In this document: positions 12,046-24,326 of the stretch, piece after piece
Layout of the letters: the number at the start of each line of letters is the position of its first letter
How positions within the stretch are numbered: the first letter of the stretch is position 1
DNA from: Rhina ancylostomus
Lineage: Eukaryota
DNA length: 64,000 bases
Assembly (NCBI GenBank): GCA_030265395.1
Contig: JARFYF010000012.1
Span: forward strand, 18,306,620 to 18,370,619
Direction: 5' to 3'
Program-made: the position numbers and the translations under genes
The notes under the pieces: model-generated
The model's database searches: none
Seen by the model: only the letters and a program-made list of their open reading frames with translations
Told to the model about the DNA's origin: nothing

Positions 12046-13222
12046 GTATCTTTGTCTTCTCTGTCCTTTAAAAATTGGTTACGATATATTCAGTATCAAA
12101 TAATTCATTGAAATATAAAATTGTTTTGTACAAAGTAGTTTGTCCTCTTTTGAATCTGTTAATGTGTGAATCATATCCTGTTTCCCTGTAATTTCCCCAA
12201 AGCCTTGCCTAATTTTCTTCTTTGTCTAATTTGTCTTCAATCTGATTGACTGTAGTTCAATAGCCACTCATGGTAATGTGTTCCATGTTCTAACTTGTAT
12301 CATATCAGTTTTAGCACGTAGCTTATAACTCATGAGTATAGTAACAGCAATACTACGTCTAAAGATTAACGGATTGACCATCAAAACATTGTCCTTGTGA
12401 TAAGAAATGAAGGGAATAATGAAAGTGTTTTGAAAACGGAATATTGGGGAGGTTTAGAACAGTCAAGGATGTGTAGATTTTTAATTTTTTTCTCATTATT
12501 TATTCATGCTTATGTAATAGTGCAGAATAAATTAAATTTTCACTGAAGTTTCCTCTTGCCTATTTATCATCAACAATGCAATTAATTCCAACCTGAGAAA
12601 ATCACTAATTATTCTTTTTTTTGAGGTTGTTGATGTGTTAGGTTATTTAATTACCATATCTTTAGAGTATTATGATTTTTGCCTTGAATCCTAATGCAGA
12701 CCAGCTAACATTCTCATTCTGCTGATTTGTTACTGATATAAAACCTGTTAAATTGTAGAGTTGTCCATTGAAGTACAAGACCAATTCTAATTTTACTGGC
12801 ACAAGGATATTTGCCAAAAGGGGTTGCACACGGGGAAAGTGTCCATTACCACTGAACACCGTGCAGGTGTGTGCTATGAATTTGTGCCTTCTAAGAATTA
12901 GTCCATGCATCCCCAAATTATTTCATACAGAACTATTGCTGCCAATGGAAGTGCAAACCTATCTCATGAATCTGGACCTAATTTGATCCTGTGTCACTGA
13001 GGTAAAAAATGCAGGTTATTCCATAGCTTCTCCCATGTTCACCTTTTTGGCAGTGGTATTAACCTACCCATTGTAACCTTTTGTAATTACCCCTTCATTT
13101 AGTCATTTTATTGATGAGCATATTTCCATTACTTATCTCAATTTTCATGTCAGCGATGGTAGTTGATATGTTTGANNNNNNNNNNNNNNNCATTATTTAT
13201 TGCTATTTTCCATTTGTATCAG

Positions 13223-13332
13223 TTACTCAAGTTCCACAGCCTCTCCTTTGTACTGTCCAGCTTCATTTTGTGGAATCCCTTTGAGCACCCAACAAAAAAA
13301 GCTTCCAGACCTCTCCTTGGATAACATGATAG
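13223..13332 (+). CDS. WDR11: WDR11 exon 9 (YSSSTASPLYCPASFCGIPLSTQQKKLPDLSLDNMI)
   Basis: tatcag| acceptor, G|gtaatt donor, 110 nt, phase 2 to 1. Confidence 0.9.
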
Positions 13333-14721
13333 GTAATTTAACATTCTGGTCTGTTTCGCCTTAGCAATGTACAACACAGTAAAGTGCTATGAATCCGCCA
13401 TCTGACTCACCAGTTGATGTTTCATGTACTCTACTTGGATCACCGGTTTTATTGGAAGCTTTATTATAAAGCAGTGTAAAAGTTTGAATTTAAGATGTGT
13501 TGGGTATGAATAGGAATAACACACAATAGTCCAGAAAGTCTGCCAGTCTGCACCATTAAAGTCCCGTTTGTGCTGGATTGTCGGAGTTATACAGTAGATG
13601 CTGATTCTATAGTCAAAATTACTTGTGGGGGTGGGGGAGTCTTCATTTGTTCATTCAGTTATAGAAAGGTGATTTATTTTTGTGGTGAGGGAAGGTGAGA
13701 AGAGATCTTAAATATACCGCACTCCTCTTCCTTGTATAAAACACTCTTTTTCCTCAAGTTGGCTTGGCTAAAGTTATGTTTTCTTTTTCTCTGCTCCTTT
13801 TACCCATTCCTCCACTAGAGTCTCTGTACTCAGAAGGGAGAAAATTGGCATCAACTCTAATACTTTCACCAAAGACTCAATAATTGTATATTTTCCTGGT
13901 AAGGATGTTTCCAGGTTGGATGGTGTTTGGTTGGCATGTTAAGTGCAAAATGAAGCCAAACTTTAAGTTTCCTTGTAGCCACTTGTAGACAAACAGTGAT
14001 ATGGTTAAAGTCACTCGAGCAGTTGCTAACTTCTTCAAGAAATATGAAGGAATGCATACTTTTGGCTCAAGGATTGAAACAAATACTCCATGTGGTAAAG
14101 CAGCTCCCTGTTCCATTTTTAAGTGCATTTTAATGAACTGATCAATAATCTTAAATTATATGTCTGTATTGTCCCTGTTTCAGTAGAATGGAAAGGAAAA
14201 ACATCAATTTATCAAATACTATCATGTTTCACAATTTGCTTGACAAGTTTTCGAGAAAAGGTTTCGAAAAACAGTGTCACACTTAAAATCTGGGGATTTT
14301 AAAGCTAATGGTAATAATTTTTTAAAAAAGCACTGATATTAGGTTATTGGGATATGAATAATTTGCCTTTCGTTTTTCTCATGGACCTTTAATATTAAAG
14401 AGCAAATTAACACTTAGAATCTATTTGGAAGCACCTGTTTCTCTGGGGTGGGGGGTGGGGTTTGAAAAGTTAGCAACAGCAATACATGTATTCAGTTTTC
14501 GAAGAGAATCTGTGGGAATAGCTAGACCATCAAAGAGTAAGGTTAGACTGGAGTGGAGGAGAGAAATTATTTTTTTAAGTCAAGCAAATCAAACTAGTGA
14601 TGTGGGAAAACAAAGTGTTCAGAATGCTGTCTTATTATGCAAAGAATATTCAATATGATTGTACATGGTGGACTTGATCATGGCTGTTGCACTGCAAGTT
14701 TACATTCTACGAAATAAGATA

Positions 14722-15340
14722 TAGTGGCATGCCGAAGCTTGGGCACCCCGGGTCAAAATGTCTTGTTACGGTGAACAGTTAAGTGAGTAGAAGATGAACT
14801 GATCTCCAAGAGTCATAAAGTTAAAGATGGTAAACATTCTTTTCAACATTTTAAGCAAGATTAGTGTATTATTTTGTTTTGTACAATTTTAGAGTGAAAA
14901 AAGGAAAGGAGCACCATGCAAAAGTTTGGGCACTCCCAGGAGATTTGAGCTCTCAGATTCCTTTTACTAAGGTCTCAAACTTTCATTAGCTTNNNNNNNN
15001 NNNNNNNNNNNNNNNNNNNNNNNNNNNNNNNNNNNNNNNNNNNNNNNNNNNNNNNNNNNNNNNNNNNNNNNNNNNNNNNNNNNNNNNNNNNNTTGTCAAA
15101 GGGGGTGTTACTAAGTACTGACCATGCATGGTACTCAAACTTTTGATTTGGGCGCTTTTCCTTTTTTGTTATTTTGAAACTGTAAAAGATGGTAATAAAA
15201 ATTAATCTTACTTAAAATATTAAGGAAATGTGTCATCTTTAACTTTATACCTTTCGGAAATCAGGTCATCTTTTACTTGCTTAGCTATTCACAGTAACAG
15301 AAATTTTGATCGGGGGTGCCCAAACTTTTGCATGCCACTG
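14722..15340. mobile_element. Tc1/mariner DNA transposon with long IR/DR termini; interior in N gap
   Basis: Left TA|(t)AGTGGCATGCCGAAGCTTGGGCACCCC, right GGGGTGCCCAAACTTTTGCATGCCACTG; arms of about 210 bp with inner direct repeat ATGCAAAAGTTTGGGCAC at 14916. Confidence 0.85.
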
Positions 15341-16393
15341 TTGCTTAACTCTTCATATTTGGTCTCACCAACATTTTAAACTGAAAATATGGTATTGAGA
15401 AAATATTACCATTTTCATTGCTTTCAAAAAATGGAAAGCCACACTTCAAAGTAAGTCTGTGTAGATGTTTATAGTTTTTTAGAAATGGCAAAGTCTCTTC
15501 ATATCTGTATGTTAAACCGTGTAATTTTTCTAGTAATTTCCCAGTGACAATCATTGACGGTGTAGTTGCACCGTTTTAGTAGAATGATCAGAGTCTGCCT
15601 GATAGCCATTTGAAAACATACTGCACAATACAAGAAATGGATAGGCAGAGCATCAATTCTTTCACCTCCAGAAACGATCAATATGTCTTAACTGTACCCT
15701 TTGTTGAACTTTCTCAAAGGAAGCTTTGCAAAGTTTGGAGATAAGAAAATGAAGCTGAAGACACTGTAGCTAATCTTGCAATGCTCCTGTAAACATGGCT
15801 GATTATTTTCCATGGGTTTGATATATTTTTGATCACTGTTGCATAGTGCTCATCGTGCTGTGTTTAGTTGTACCTGTTTTACATTTTTACCTGCCCTTTC
15901 TTTAGGTGGAATGCTCTGGAACTAATACCTATGAGGCCAAATCAGTGTCCATGTTTGGATAAATGAGTAGAAATAGTGACATATTTACTCTGTGTGAGAG
16001 AGTGAGAGGTCACACTCTATATAAGCAATCTAATGATAATTAGAACTGTGTGTGGTGTATTTATGTGTCTATGTTCACATTTCTCCCAGTCTAAAAATGT
16101 GCCCATAAATATGATAGGCAATGACAAAAAGTTTAAAAAAAAATTCAGGTGTGCAATCTTAAAATGGTCAAGATGAACCTCTAACATTTACTGAATATTG
16201 ACTATTCATTCAAGTTATTTGGCCAGTAGAACTAAAGGGTATAAATTTAAAGAATTAAAGGTAAATTTGAAATGGCCAGCTGATTTTTGTATAGCATGGC
16301 TCATGAATCTTGGTATCTTGAGCGTGTGCAAGGTTAGTGTAATCTGTTCTGATGTACCACATGACATATTCTCACAATTTATCTTTCTCACAG

Positions 16394-16570
16394 GACAAAG
16401 TATAGCAGTAGACGAAGAGCTGCCTAGGGCTCCAAACCAGCAGGAAGTTCAACTGAAGTTCCTGCTGACTGGCTTGTTGTCAGGTCTCCCTCTGCCACCA
16501 TTTGTTATACGAATGTGTCCACCACTCACTACCAAGAACATAAAGAGCTATCAGCCATTGTTGGCTGTGG
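16394..16570 (+). CDS. WDR11: WDR11 exon 10 (QSIAVDEE...KFLLTGLLSGLP...MCPPLTTKNIKSYQPLLAV)
   Basis: tcacag| acceptor, G|gtgagt donor, 177 nt. Confidence 0.96.
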
Positions 16571-17441
16571 GTGAGTACTTGATACAGGCTACATATTATT
16601 AGAATGAAGTGGAAATTCTTTAGCAAGACGTATGAGTAAACCCAAAGGTCTTCCCAAAATCAAAAAAAACCTGAGGTTAAAGCAATGTACACGTGCTTGC
16701 TCAAAAACATGAAGGAGATGCACACATGCCTCTTCAAAAGTTGCCAAATTTGCATACATCCTTGGTCTCTATTATGATGCAAGTGTAAATAACTTATTAC
16801 ATAATTATTTCTAATATTTTAAATATTTTCACCTTAATTTTAAGAGCAAAACTCTGAAATTATATTTCAGATATGGTCAATGAAAATTCTGTTCAGAAAC
16901 TACAAATTGTAAAATGTGAGGATTAAGAGCATTCTCAAAAGCTGAAGCTAATAAAAATCTGGTCAAATAATAAGTTTCATTCCAGATCTGGCAGTTTTTT
17001 ATACATTTCATTCTGGAGCCCGATAGGTTACCAATTTAGAATTGGAATTCACATTTTTCATCTGTAATTCTTCTTTACTCCACAAGCCTCATTTTCATTT
17101 TTTTTTGAAGAACATTATCTGCTTTTTGGATGTAGTCGGTGGTAGCTTGCTTAACTTAATATTTGCCTCAGAATGTCCCAGGTTTGATATGATGTCGCTC
17201 CTCTGACTGATATATAAATTGCTGAGCCAAGTATAGAAGGCCAAGTACTTCTGATATTGTCAGATTGATCTGAATCACAGTTTAGATGACTATATTGACT
17301 ATTGAATTTCAATGGATATATAAAATTATAAGATGAGTCAATATATTGTATCTTTTGCCCCTGATCAATTAATTGACAACAGAATTGATGGGTTAATGGA
17401 TAAAAACATGTTCATCAACTGTTTAACCAATGTGATTCCAG

Positions 17442-17526
17442 GTACCAGCAATGGATCTGTGTTGATTTATCATCTTACTAGTGGATTATTACACAAGGAA
17501 TTAAGTATACATTCCTGCGAAGTCAA
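17442..17526 (+). CDS. WDR11: WDR11 exon 11 (TSNGSVLIYHLTSGLLHKELSIHSCEV)
   Basis: ttccag| acceptor, AA|gtaaga donor, 85 nt. Confidence 0.95.
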
Positions 17527-18915
17527 GTAAGATTTTCAGTATAGAAATTCCATGTGTGCAAACCTTTGAACAAAGTGCAAAGAAGACATTACTTGTCAGT
17601 GTCATTGTTATAAATAAGCTATGTTTTTATATATATATAAAAAAATAAAAAGATTAGCATAAAGAATGCAAAATTAATTCCTTGTTTTGAAAGGTGGCCT
17701 GTTTCCCTGGAGCTTCTTCATTGTTCCATATTATGACCATTTCTCATAAACATCTGTCTAGTCACATGCCCTACTATAAATTTAAAAGCATATTGAAATG
17801 GCATTAGAGGGAATGTTGCAGCAGCTGTTTTCCAAATTCTCAAACCTACTTTTGCATATGCAATCATTATTAAAGGATGACTGAAATTGATGACTTTGAT
17901 ATTTCATAATGAAGAAGGTTCCTTTCGTTACTAATCACACCCATGTGAGTTTGCACTGATATAAATAATCCAAAATTCATTAAGTTTCAATGACTGGTTG
18001 CTAAGTTAGTAGATGTATTGCCTTATGTAATACAAAGCAAGCATGGCCATCAAAGTTGACCTCTTCTGAATTACCCAGACTCTAGTAATCAGTTGTACTA
18101 GCATGGTGAGGCAGCAACTGGAGAACAGGATTTCCTATAAAGGGAAAAAGGAAAAGTAAAATGGATAATTATTTTGAGGAGTGCACATACACACATCTTT
18201 CTGAGCATTCTAAAGGGAGGCATTTTAAAGTCAGCTGACATCCTCCTGACATCTCAAGATACTGAAAAGCAGTAAAGGGGAAACATTTCTTCAGTAGAAC
18301 AAAGCCTGAGCTCTTACTTTGAAAAGAAAATCATAATTACCTTGGCTGTGTTGATGGAAGAACCTAATAGCAAATGGTCAACTGTGATGATTGCATCTTA
18401 TGCCTGTATGTCAGCTTGGTTACATTTGAGAAATTACTGCAAAAAACACAACAAGCTTTATTCATACTCTTTAATGAGAATGACACTTTAACAATACATG
18501 TGCTTAATATCTTGCAACTAGATTTTTGTTGTAGCCTAAACTTTTTCTTATTACTCTTGACATCCATGTAGATGTGATAAGTAGTGACAATAAGTTAAGG
18601 AACTTTGAGATGTGCAATCTTAAAATGGGTAAGAGATGCAAAGATTTGGCGAATATGGACTATTCATTCAAGTTATTTGACCAGTGGAACTAAAGGTCAT
18701 AAATTTAAATAATTCTAAGTAAATTTGAAATGGCCAACCAATTTTCTATAGCATGGCTCGTGAACATTTTGGGGTCTCTAGCTGCCAACCTGATCTTTGC
18801 CCTAAGACCACTTACNNNNNNNNNNNNNNNNNNNNNNNNNNNNNNNNNNNNNNNNNNNNNNNNNNNNNNNNNNNNNNNNNNNNNNNNNNNNNNNNNNNNN
18901 NNNNNNNNNNNNNNN

Positions 18916-19680
18916 GGAGGAAAGGGTTAGATGGTGGGAGGTGTAGTTTGATGGCGGCACAACACGGTGGGCCGAAGGGCCTGTATTGCGCTGTATTGTT
19001 CTCTAGTTCTATGGTTTAAAATTAGAATTAACATTTATTTCATTTCCTTTCATTAATGTTTCCTTTCAGTCATTTCACGAATGTTTCATTAACATTACAT
19101 TTCCTCCTCCAGGTCATTAATATAAATAGTAAATAACTGAGATCCAAGAACCAACCCCTGGGATAGTCCACTAATTACAACTCTCCAGCTTAAAGAGGAC
19201 GCATTTATTCCAGTTCTTTGTTTTCTATGTGACAGTCAGTTTCCAATCCCTGCTCACACACCTCCTCCAATACTTTGGGCTCTTAATTTATGCACCAGCC
19301 TCTTATGTGGTACCTTGACAAAGGCCTTTTGGAAATGTAAATACACTACATCTGTAGTTGTCCCTCAATCAGCCCTCCCTGTCACATCCTCAAAAAATTT
19401 GAGCAAGTTTGTCAAACAGAACAATGTTGACTTGATTTGATTATATTCAGTTTTCCCAAATGATTAGTTATTTCCTCTTTGATTATGGACTCTAACTTCT
19501 TGCCAACAGTAGCCATTAGACTAACTGGACTAGAACTCCCCACCTTCTGTCTTCTTCCCTTTATGAACTAGGAAGTCACACTGCCTATTTTTCCAGTTTT
19601 CTGGTGCCATCCTGGAATACAGAAAGCTTGAAAATTTTCAACTAATGGATCCACTGTCACTGTAGCCACTTCCTTTGAGG
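18916..19680. mobile_element. CR1 tail (+, 18916-19015) followed by decayed CR1 RT fragment (-, about 19030-19680)
   Basis: gggccgaagggcctgtattgcgctgtattgttct tail; minus-strand DF.KAF.KVPH and PQGLVLG-like motifs. Confidence 0.7.
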
Positions 19681-21070
19681 AAGCAGTATAAATAAATTTT
19701 ATGATCAGTCAGAGGTTAATTATTTTTGGACACTTTTCTGGATTAGAAGGCATTTGGCATCTCTTGTTATCTCAACAATTTTTAATTACATGTCTTATCC
19801 TTTTTCTTCAGTCTTCCTATCCAGTCAATTTCTTTCCTACTCTCTGTAACATGACGAAGTAAGGTATTTTAAATATGTAGGATGCTAGAAATATACATTG
19901 TTTAAAAATAATTGCAGCTTTTTATCTGAATATGTGTGTTGGAAGTGGAAGAGTAAGGGCTGGTAGCAGGAAATCACAGCTTAGTATGTTATTCTGTGAA
20001 AATATTTGGTGTTGGTCAATGGAATGGTTAATAAAGACCAGCAGTGTTCCACTTCAGACCCTGTTTTGAACGACTTACTGTGTGGAATAAAAATTGACGT
20101 ACTTGCAAGATTAAGATATTTGAAATATGAAAACTAAAAGAAATTAAAACACATAATTTTGAACTATTTATGTGCAGTAATTGTAATTCACATATGTAAA
20201 AGGTGCTATGGGGGGGGTTTGCAAATAAAGAGTTTGCAAAGCGGTAATTATGGCTTGGTATTGAAAACTCATTTATGCTTAGTGTTATGTTACAACAATT
20301 TTAAGGTATTCTATTGCTAAACTACTTTAGGAATATCTTTATTCTCCTGATTTCCCATGATAAAATTGGTGAAGATTGTCATATGGAGGAGTGGTGATGA
20401 ACAGGGTGTGTAGGATTTTGATGTTGATTTTTACAGAGGAAATGCCAAAGTTACTGGCAGTTTTGTGGGGTAATGACTGAAAGCTGACAGTTTTGCTCTG
20501 GTTGCAACTTTTCATTGTATTACAGACAGGCATGTTTTAATTTACTGCACAAAATAATTATGTTTGCAGCAGTGTTGGACTAGTTCAGTTTAAACTTCAA
20601 TTTTACACTGTTTGTAAATCAGAAGAAATAAACACCTGATTCTTGGCAAAAGCCCAGAAATGCAATATTAGGTAGTAATTATTTGTAATTGAGTTTATAG
20701 ACTAGTGAAGTCATGTCCAAGAGACCAAACACAGTGATAAAAATATTACTACTGAGGATATATAAGCAGCCTTTTTTGTCATGCATGCTAAGTGAAATTT
20801 TCCAATTGCTGTTACTGAATTATATAGCAGTACTTCGTTTGATAAACATTCCTGCCAATCGCCTTGGGACATAACATTAAATATGCCATGTAAATTCAAG
20901 ACATTGTTACCTCAAAAGTTAGAACAGCCATTTAGAAGGTGGAAAATGCTGTAAATGGCCAACTTTTTTGCTAAGCTTATCAATGAGTTTCCAAACTAGC
21001 TTAATGATAAGAACTGAGACCAAGGCTGTTGGCTGTTTCTCACAACTGAATCCTTTTCTGCATTCTATAG

Positions 21071-21177
21071 GGGCATTGAGTGGGCAAGCCTGGCCAGTTT
21101 TCTTTCTTTTGCCACCTCGACACCGAACAATCTGGGATTAGTGAGGAATGAACTGCAGCTGGTTGATCTACCAACAG
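21071..21177 (+). CDS. WDR11: WDR11 exon 12 (GIEWASLASFLSFATSTPNNLGLVRNELQLVDLPT)
   Basis: ctatag| acceptor, G|gtcagg donor, 107 nt. Confidence 0.95.
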
Positions 21178-22484
21178 GTCAGGAAGACAGAATATGTACT
21201 ACTTGATTTTAGGCACATCTGAAATTTGATGATGAATGAACAGATACATTTAATTTTGGTGATAGGCATGACAAGCTTATGCTTATGAGCAAAATAAGAA
21301 TTGTAAGAAAATTATAAAATTGAAGGACTTTGATATTGAAATGTTCATCCTTTTAGCGGGGTGATGTAAACTCTTTTTAATTGCAGTTTTACATTTTCAG
21401 TTATTTAATTACCGTAGTTTTTAATTGTCCCTCTAGAGGACATAGTAAATTTGATGTTTGTTCCTTTGAAGCAAGTTGAATGTACTCTTTTTGGGTTTAG
21501 AGTTTTGTCTTTTGATTAATGCAAGCTTACATGGCCAATACACTTAGATCTCATTATCTGCTAATTTACTATCCATGTACTTGCAAGGTCAGTGTGTATA
21601 TCACTGGGAGTGTTGGTAAATATAGCTTGTTCCTATAGTGCCCTCTCCTGTGGTAGCTGGTGAATCCTATTTACCAAGAAATGGGTTGTATTTCATGCCT
21701 TGTCAAATGATGAAATGTAAATAATTAATATCTGGCTAGATCCAGGGTCAGGATCTGGATTATGGGTTGGATGTGCAGCCAGGGTTAGGGTCAGGAATGC
21801 TGGGGATCAAGAACATAGCTGGGTTGTGGCCAGAGCTGGGTCTGAAATGCTTGTTGGAGGGGTTGACTGCTGCATGTTGGTGATTACCATGTCATATTTT
21901 TATCCACAGGAAGTCTGCACCCCATCCCCATGAATAATGTAGACAGTGTAAAATTGGTGATCATCTTGTTCCTTGTCAGAGTTGATGGTTGCTAAAAATA
22001 GCAAATGGATTATCACTGGACCAAATTTAAATCCAGTTACCTCAAGATGTCAATGTTTCTACTCTGGAATTAAATGACCTTGACTCCCTGAAAGAGCCAT
22101 TGGAACTTAAAGTTGCTCAGTGTCCTTCTTCTATCTTATAGCCTCATTAATTGTGTTCCTAGTCAACCAGTTTCTTGTAGCACTTACCCCTTCCTTCTTC
22201 AGTCTCACCTGTGCCACCATTGGCATCATCTCTTTGCCACGTCTCCTCCACTTTCCATTGATCCTTCACTACTTTCTTAATTGCCCCACCTACTCCTTTT
22301 CCTTTCCAACTCTTCTCTCTTTTCCCATCCTGCTGCCCTACATTTTGTCTCTATCTGCCTAGTTCTATTTGTCAAACAGACATCAACAATGCTTGACCAG
22401 TATAGTTTTGGTTCTGTTCTTGCTTCGTGAAATTTATCAGGTCATTGATATTTGTAAATTCACAGAATAAAGCCTTATATTTGA

Positions 22485-22815
22485 TCCAGAGGATTATGAA
22501 AGACATAGATATGGTAGACAGGCTTGTTCCCAGAGTGGAAATGTCCCAGGTTTAAAGTGAGAGGGGGAAAATTTAAAGAAGTCGTGCAGTTGTTATTACA
22601 CACAGAGTGTAGGTGCCTGGAACACACTGCAAGGGAGATGGTGGAAGCTGATACGATAGTATAGTTCAAGAGGTGTTTAGACAGACATATGAACAGGTAG
22701 GGAATAGAGGGATACAGACCATGTGCAGGCAAGTGGGATTAGTTAGATTTTCATCATGGTTGGCACAGACATGGTGGGCTATAGGGCCTGTTCCCATGTG
22801 ATATTCTTTGTTCTC
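22485..22815 (+). mobile_element. CR1 3' fragment
   Basis: ggtttaaagtgagagggggaaaattt, ggtggaagctgatacgatag and agggcctgttcccatgtg tail. Confidence 0.75.
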
Positions 22816-23557
22816 TGTTTGAAGATTTTTTTCTCAAGTTCTATTCAAGTTTAACAAATTTTTAATCTTGCATATTATTAGCAGAATTTCACTAGAGAAC
22901 TTGTATTGCAGGAAGAAGCAGAGGAGTATAGTTTCTTTGTCAAGGTCATGGAATCATTTCTAAATGTATATTTTTTATATTTGCTATTGGATTCAGAAGT
23001 ACTTAAAACATTACGACTAGTTAAATAATTTTTTAAAGATTTATAAATCAAAACAAATATAACAATTTTTTTAAAAATCAAGTAAAATTAAATAACTTAA
23101 CCTACCAACAGTTTTCCTTCTAAACTACAGGAACAGAAATCACTATTCAGGTGGATGGGATCACCGTTCCTATACCTGGAATCAGTCAATTAGCATATTC
23201 TCATTTACAGTGGGTCTGCACAAGTTCAGGACTCACTTGCTTGTGAGTAGCTGAATGCCAGTGGTTCCCTACAGAAAAACTAGTCACATCCAATCCAATG
23301 GCATTTTAAATTAACGTGTGGAATTGCATGTATTTGAGCTATAAAATTAAAATCCTCATTGCAAAAGTGTTTATGTTTGGATGCCACTCTAACTGTGCTG
23401 TAGTTTTAAGAATAATGTTAATCTTTTACAAAAATCTTTGTGATGCTGTTTCATTTTATTACTGTTGATCAGAATACATGGTAGGGATGTAGAAATTTCA
23501 GGTAGTTCCAGCTATTCGCTCCTTTTCTCATTCTCTGCAAATGTTTTTGCTACCCAG

Positions 23558-23633
23558 GGAGAAGTATTGCATTTAGAGGTGAACGAAGTAATGATGAACC
23601 ACCAATAGAAATGATTAAAGTATCCCATTTGAA
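23558..23633 (+). CDS. WDR11: WDR11 exon 13 (RSIAFRGERSNDEPPIEMIKVSHL)
   Basis: acccag| acceptor, AA|gtaagt donor, 76 nt. Confidence 0.95.
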
Positions 23634-24217
23634 GTAAGTATTGCTGTGTTTCCAAATACTTTGTTATTCACTTAACCATAACCTTAAATTCTATCTGCTT
23701 TCATAGCGTTAAAAATTACACACTTGCACCATTGCCATTCTGCCTGTGATACTATATTGGTAAAAAGTACATTGATACTTAATTTGGGAAATCTTGTTGG
23801 GTGATCCTATTGATAGCTGAATCATTTAAAAGAGACAATCCAAGTTATAGTACTTGTATTGAGAACGTAGTCCATGTTCACTTCTGTGCATGTAGTCTGG
23901 CTATAAGCACAGTTGAACATGCTTTTAGTAGTTTAATTATATAAGTAGTTTAGTAGTTTAATTTAGTAGTTTTATTGTACTCAATCTTTGGGTGATGAGT
24001 CCTGTAAAAGACAAAGCTCCAGAGAATCATAGATGTGCCCTTATCTTGTTTAGATAAATGTTGAGCAAATGCATGGGTACTTAAATTGAAGAATAAATCT
24101 TTTTGCAAAGGTTTATGTGTTGGTTTTAGTGAATTAATTTATATCACGAGTGTTGCTGAAATTAATCATTAGAACACATCATTCTAACCTAAAGGATGAT
24201 GTATTTGTTTTATTTAG

Positions 24218-24326
24218 GCAGTTCTTGGTTGTGGTGTTCAGAGACAAACCTTTGGAATTGTGGGATATTAGAACATGCACTCTGCTTCGTGAAATGGCAA
24301 AGAACTTTCCTGCGGTTACAGCACTG
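24218..24326 (+). CDS. WDR11: WDR11 exon 14 (QFLVVVFRDKPLELWDIRTCTLLREMAKNFPAVTAL)
   Basis: atttag| acceptor, CTG|gtatgg donor, 109 nt. Confidence 0.95.

Noticed and set aside
21735-21850. gggttagggtcagg-like degenerate hexamers as interstitial telomeric repeat
   Set aside because: Only one exact TTAGGG; looks like a decayed simple repeat.
23990-24020. ggtgatgagtcctgtaaaagacaaagc resembling a hammerhead core
   Set aside because: Both conserved boxes are broken (GUGAUGA; no GAAA) and stems I/III are not evident.
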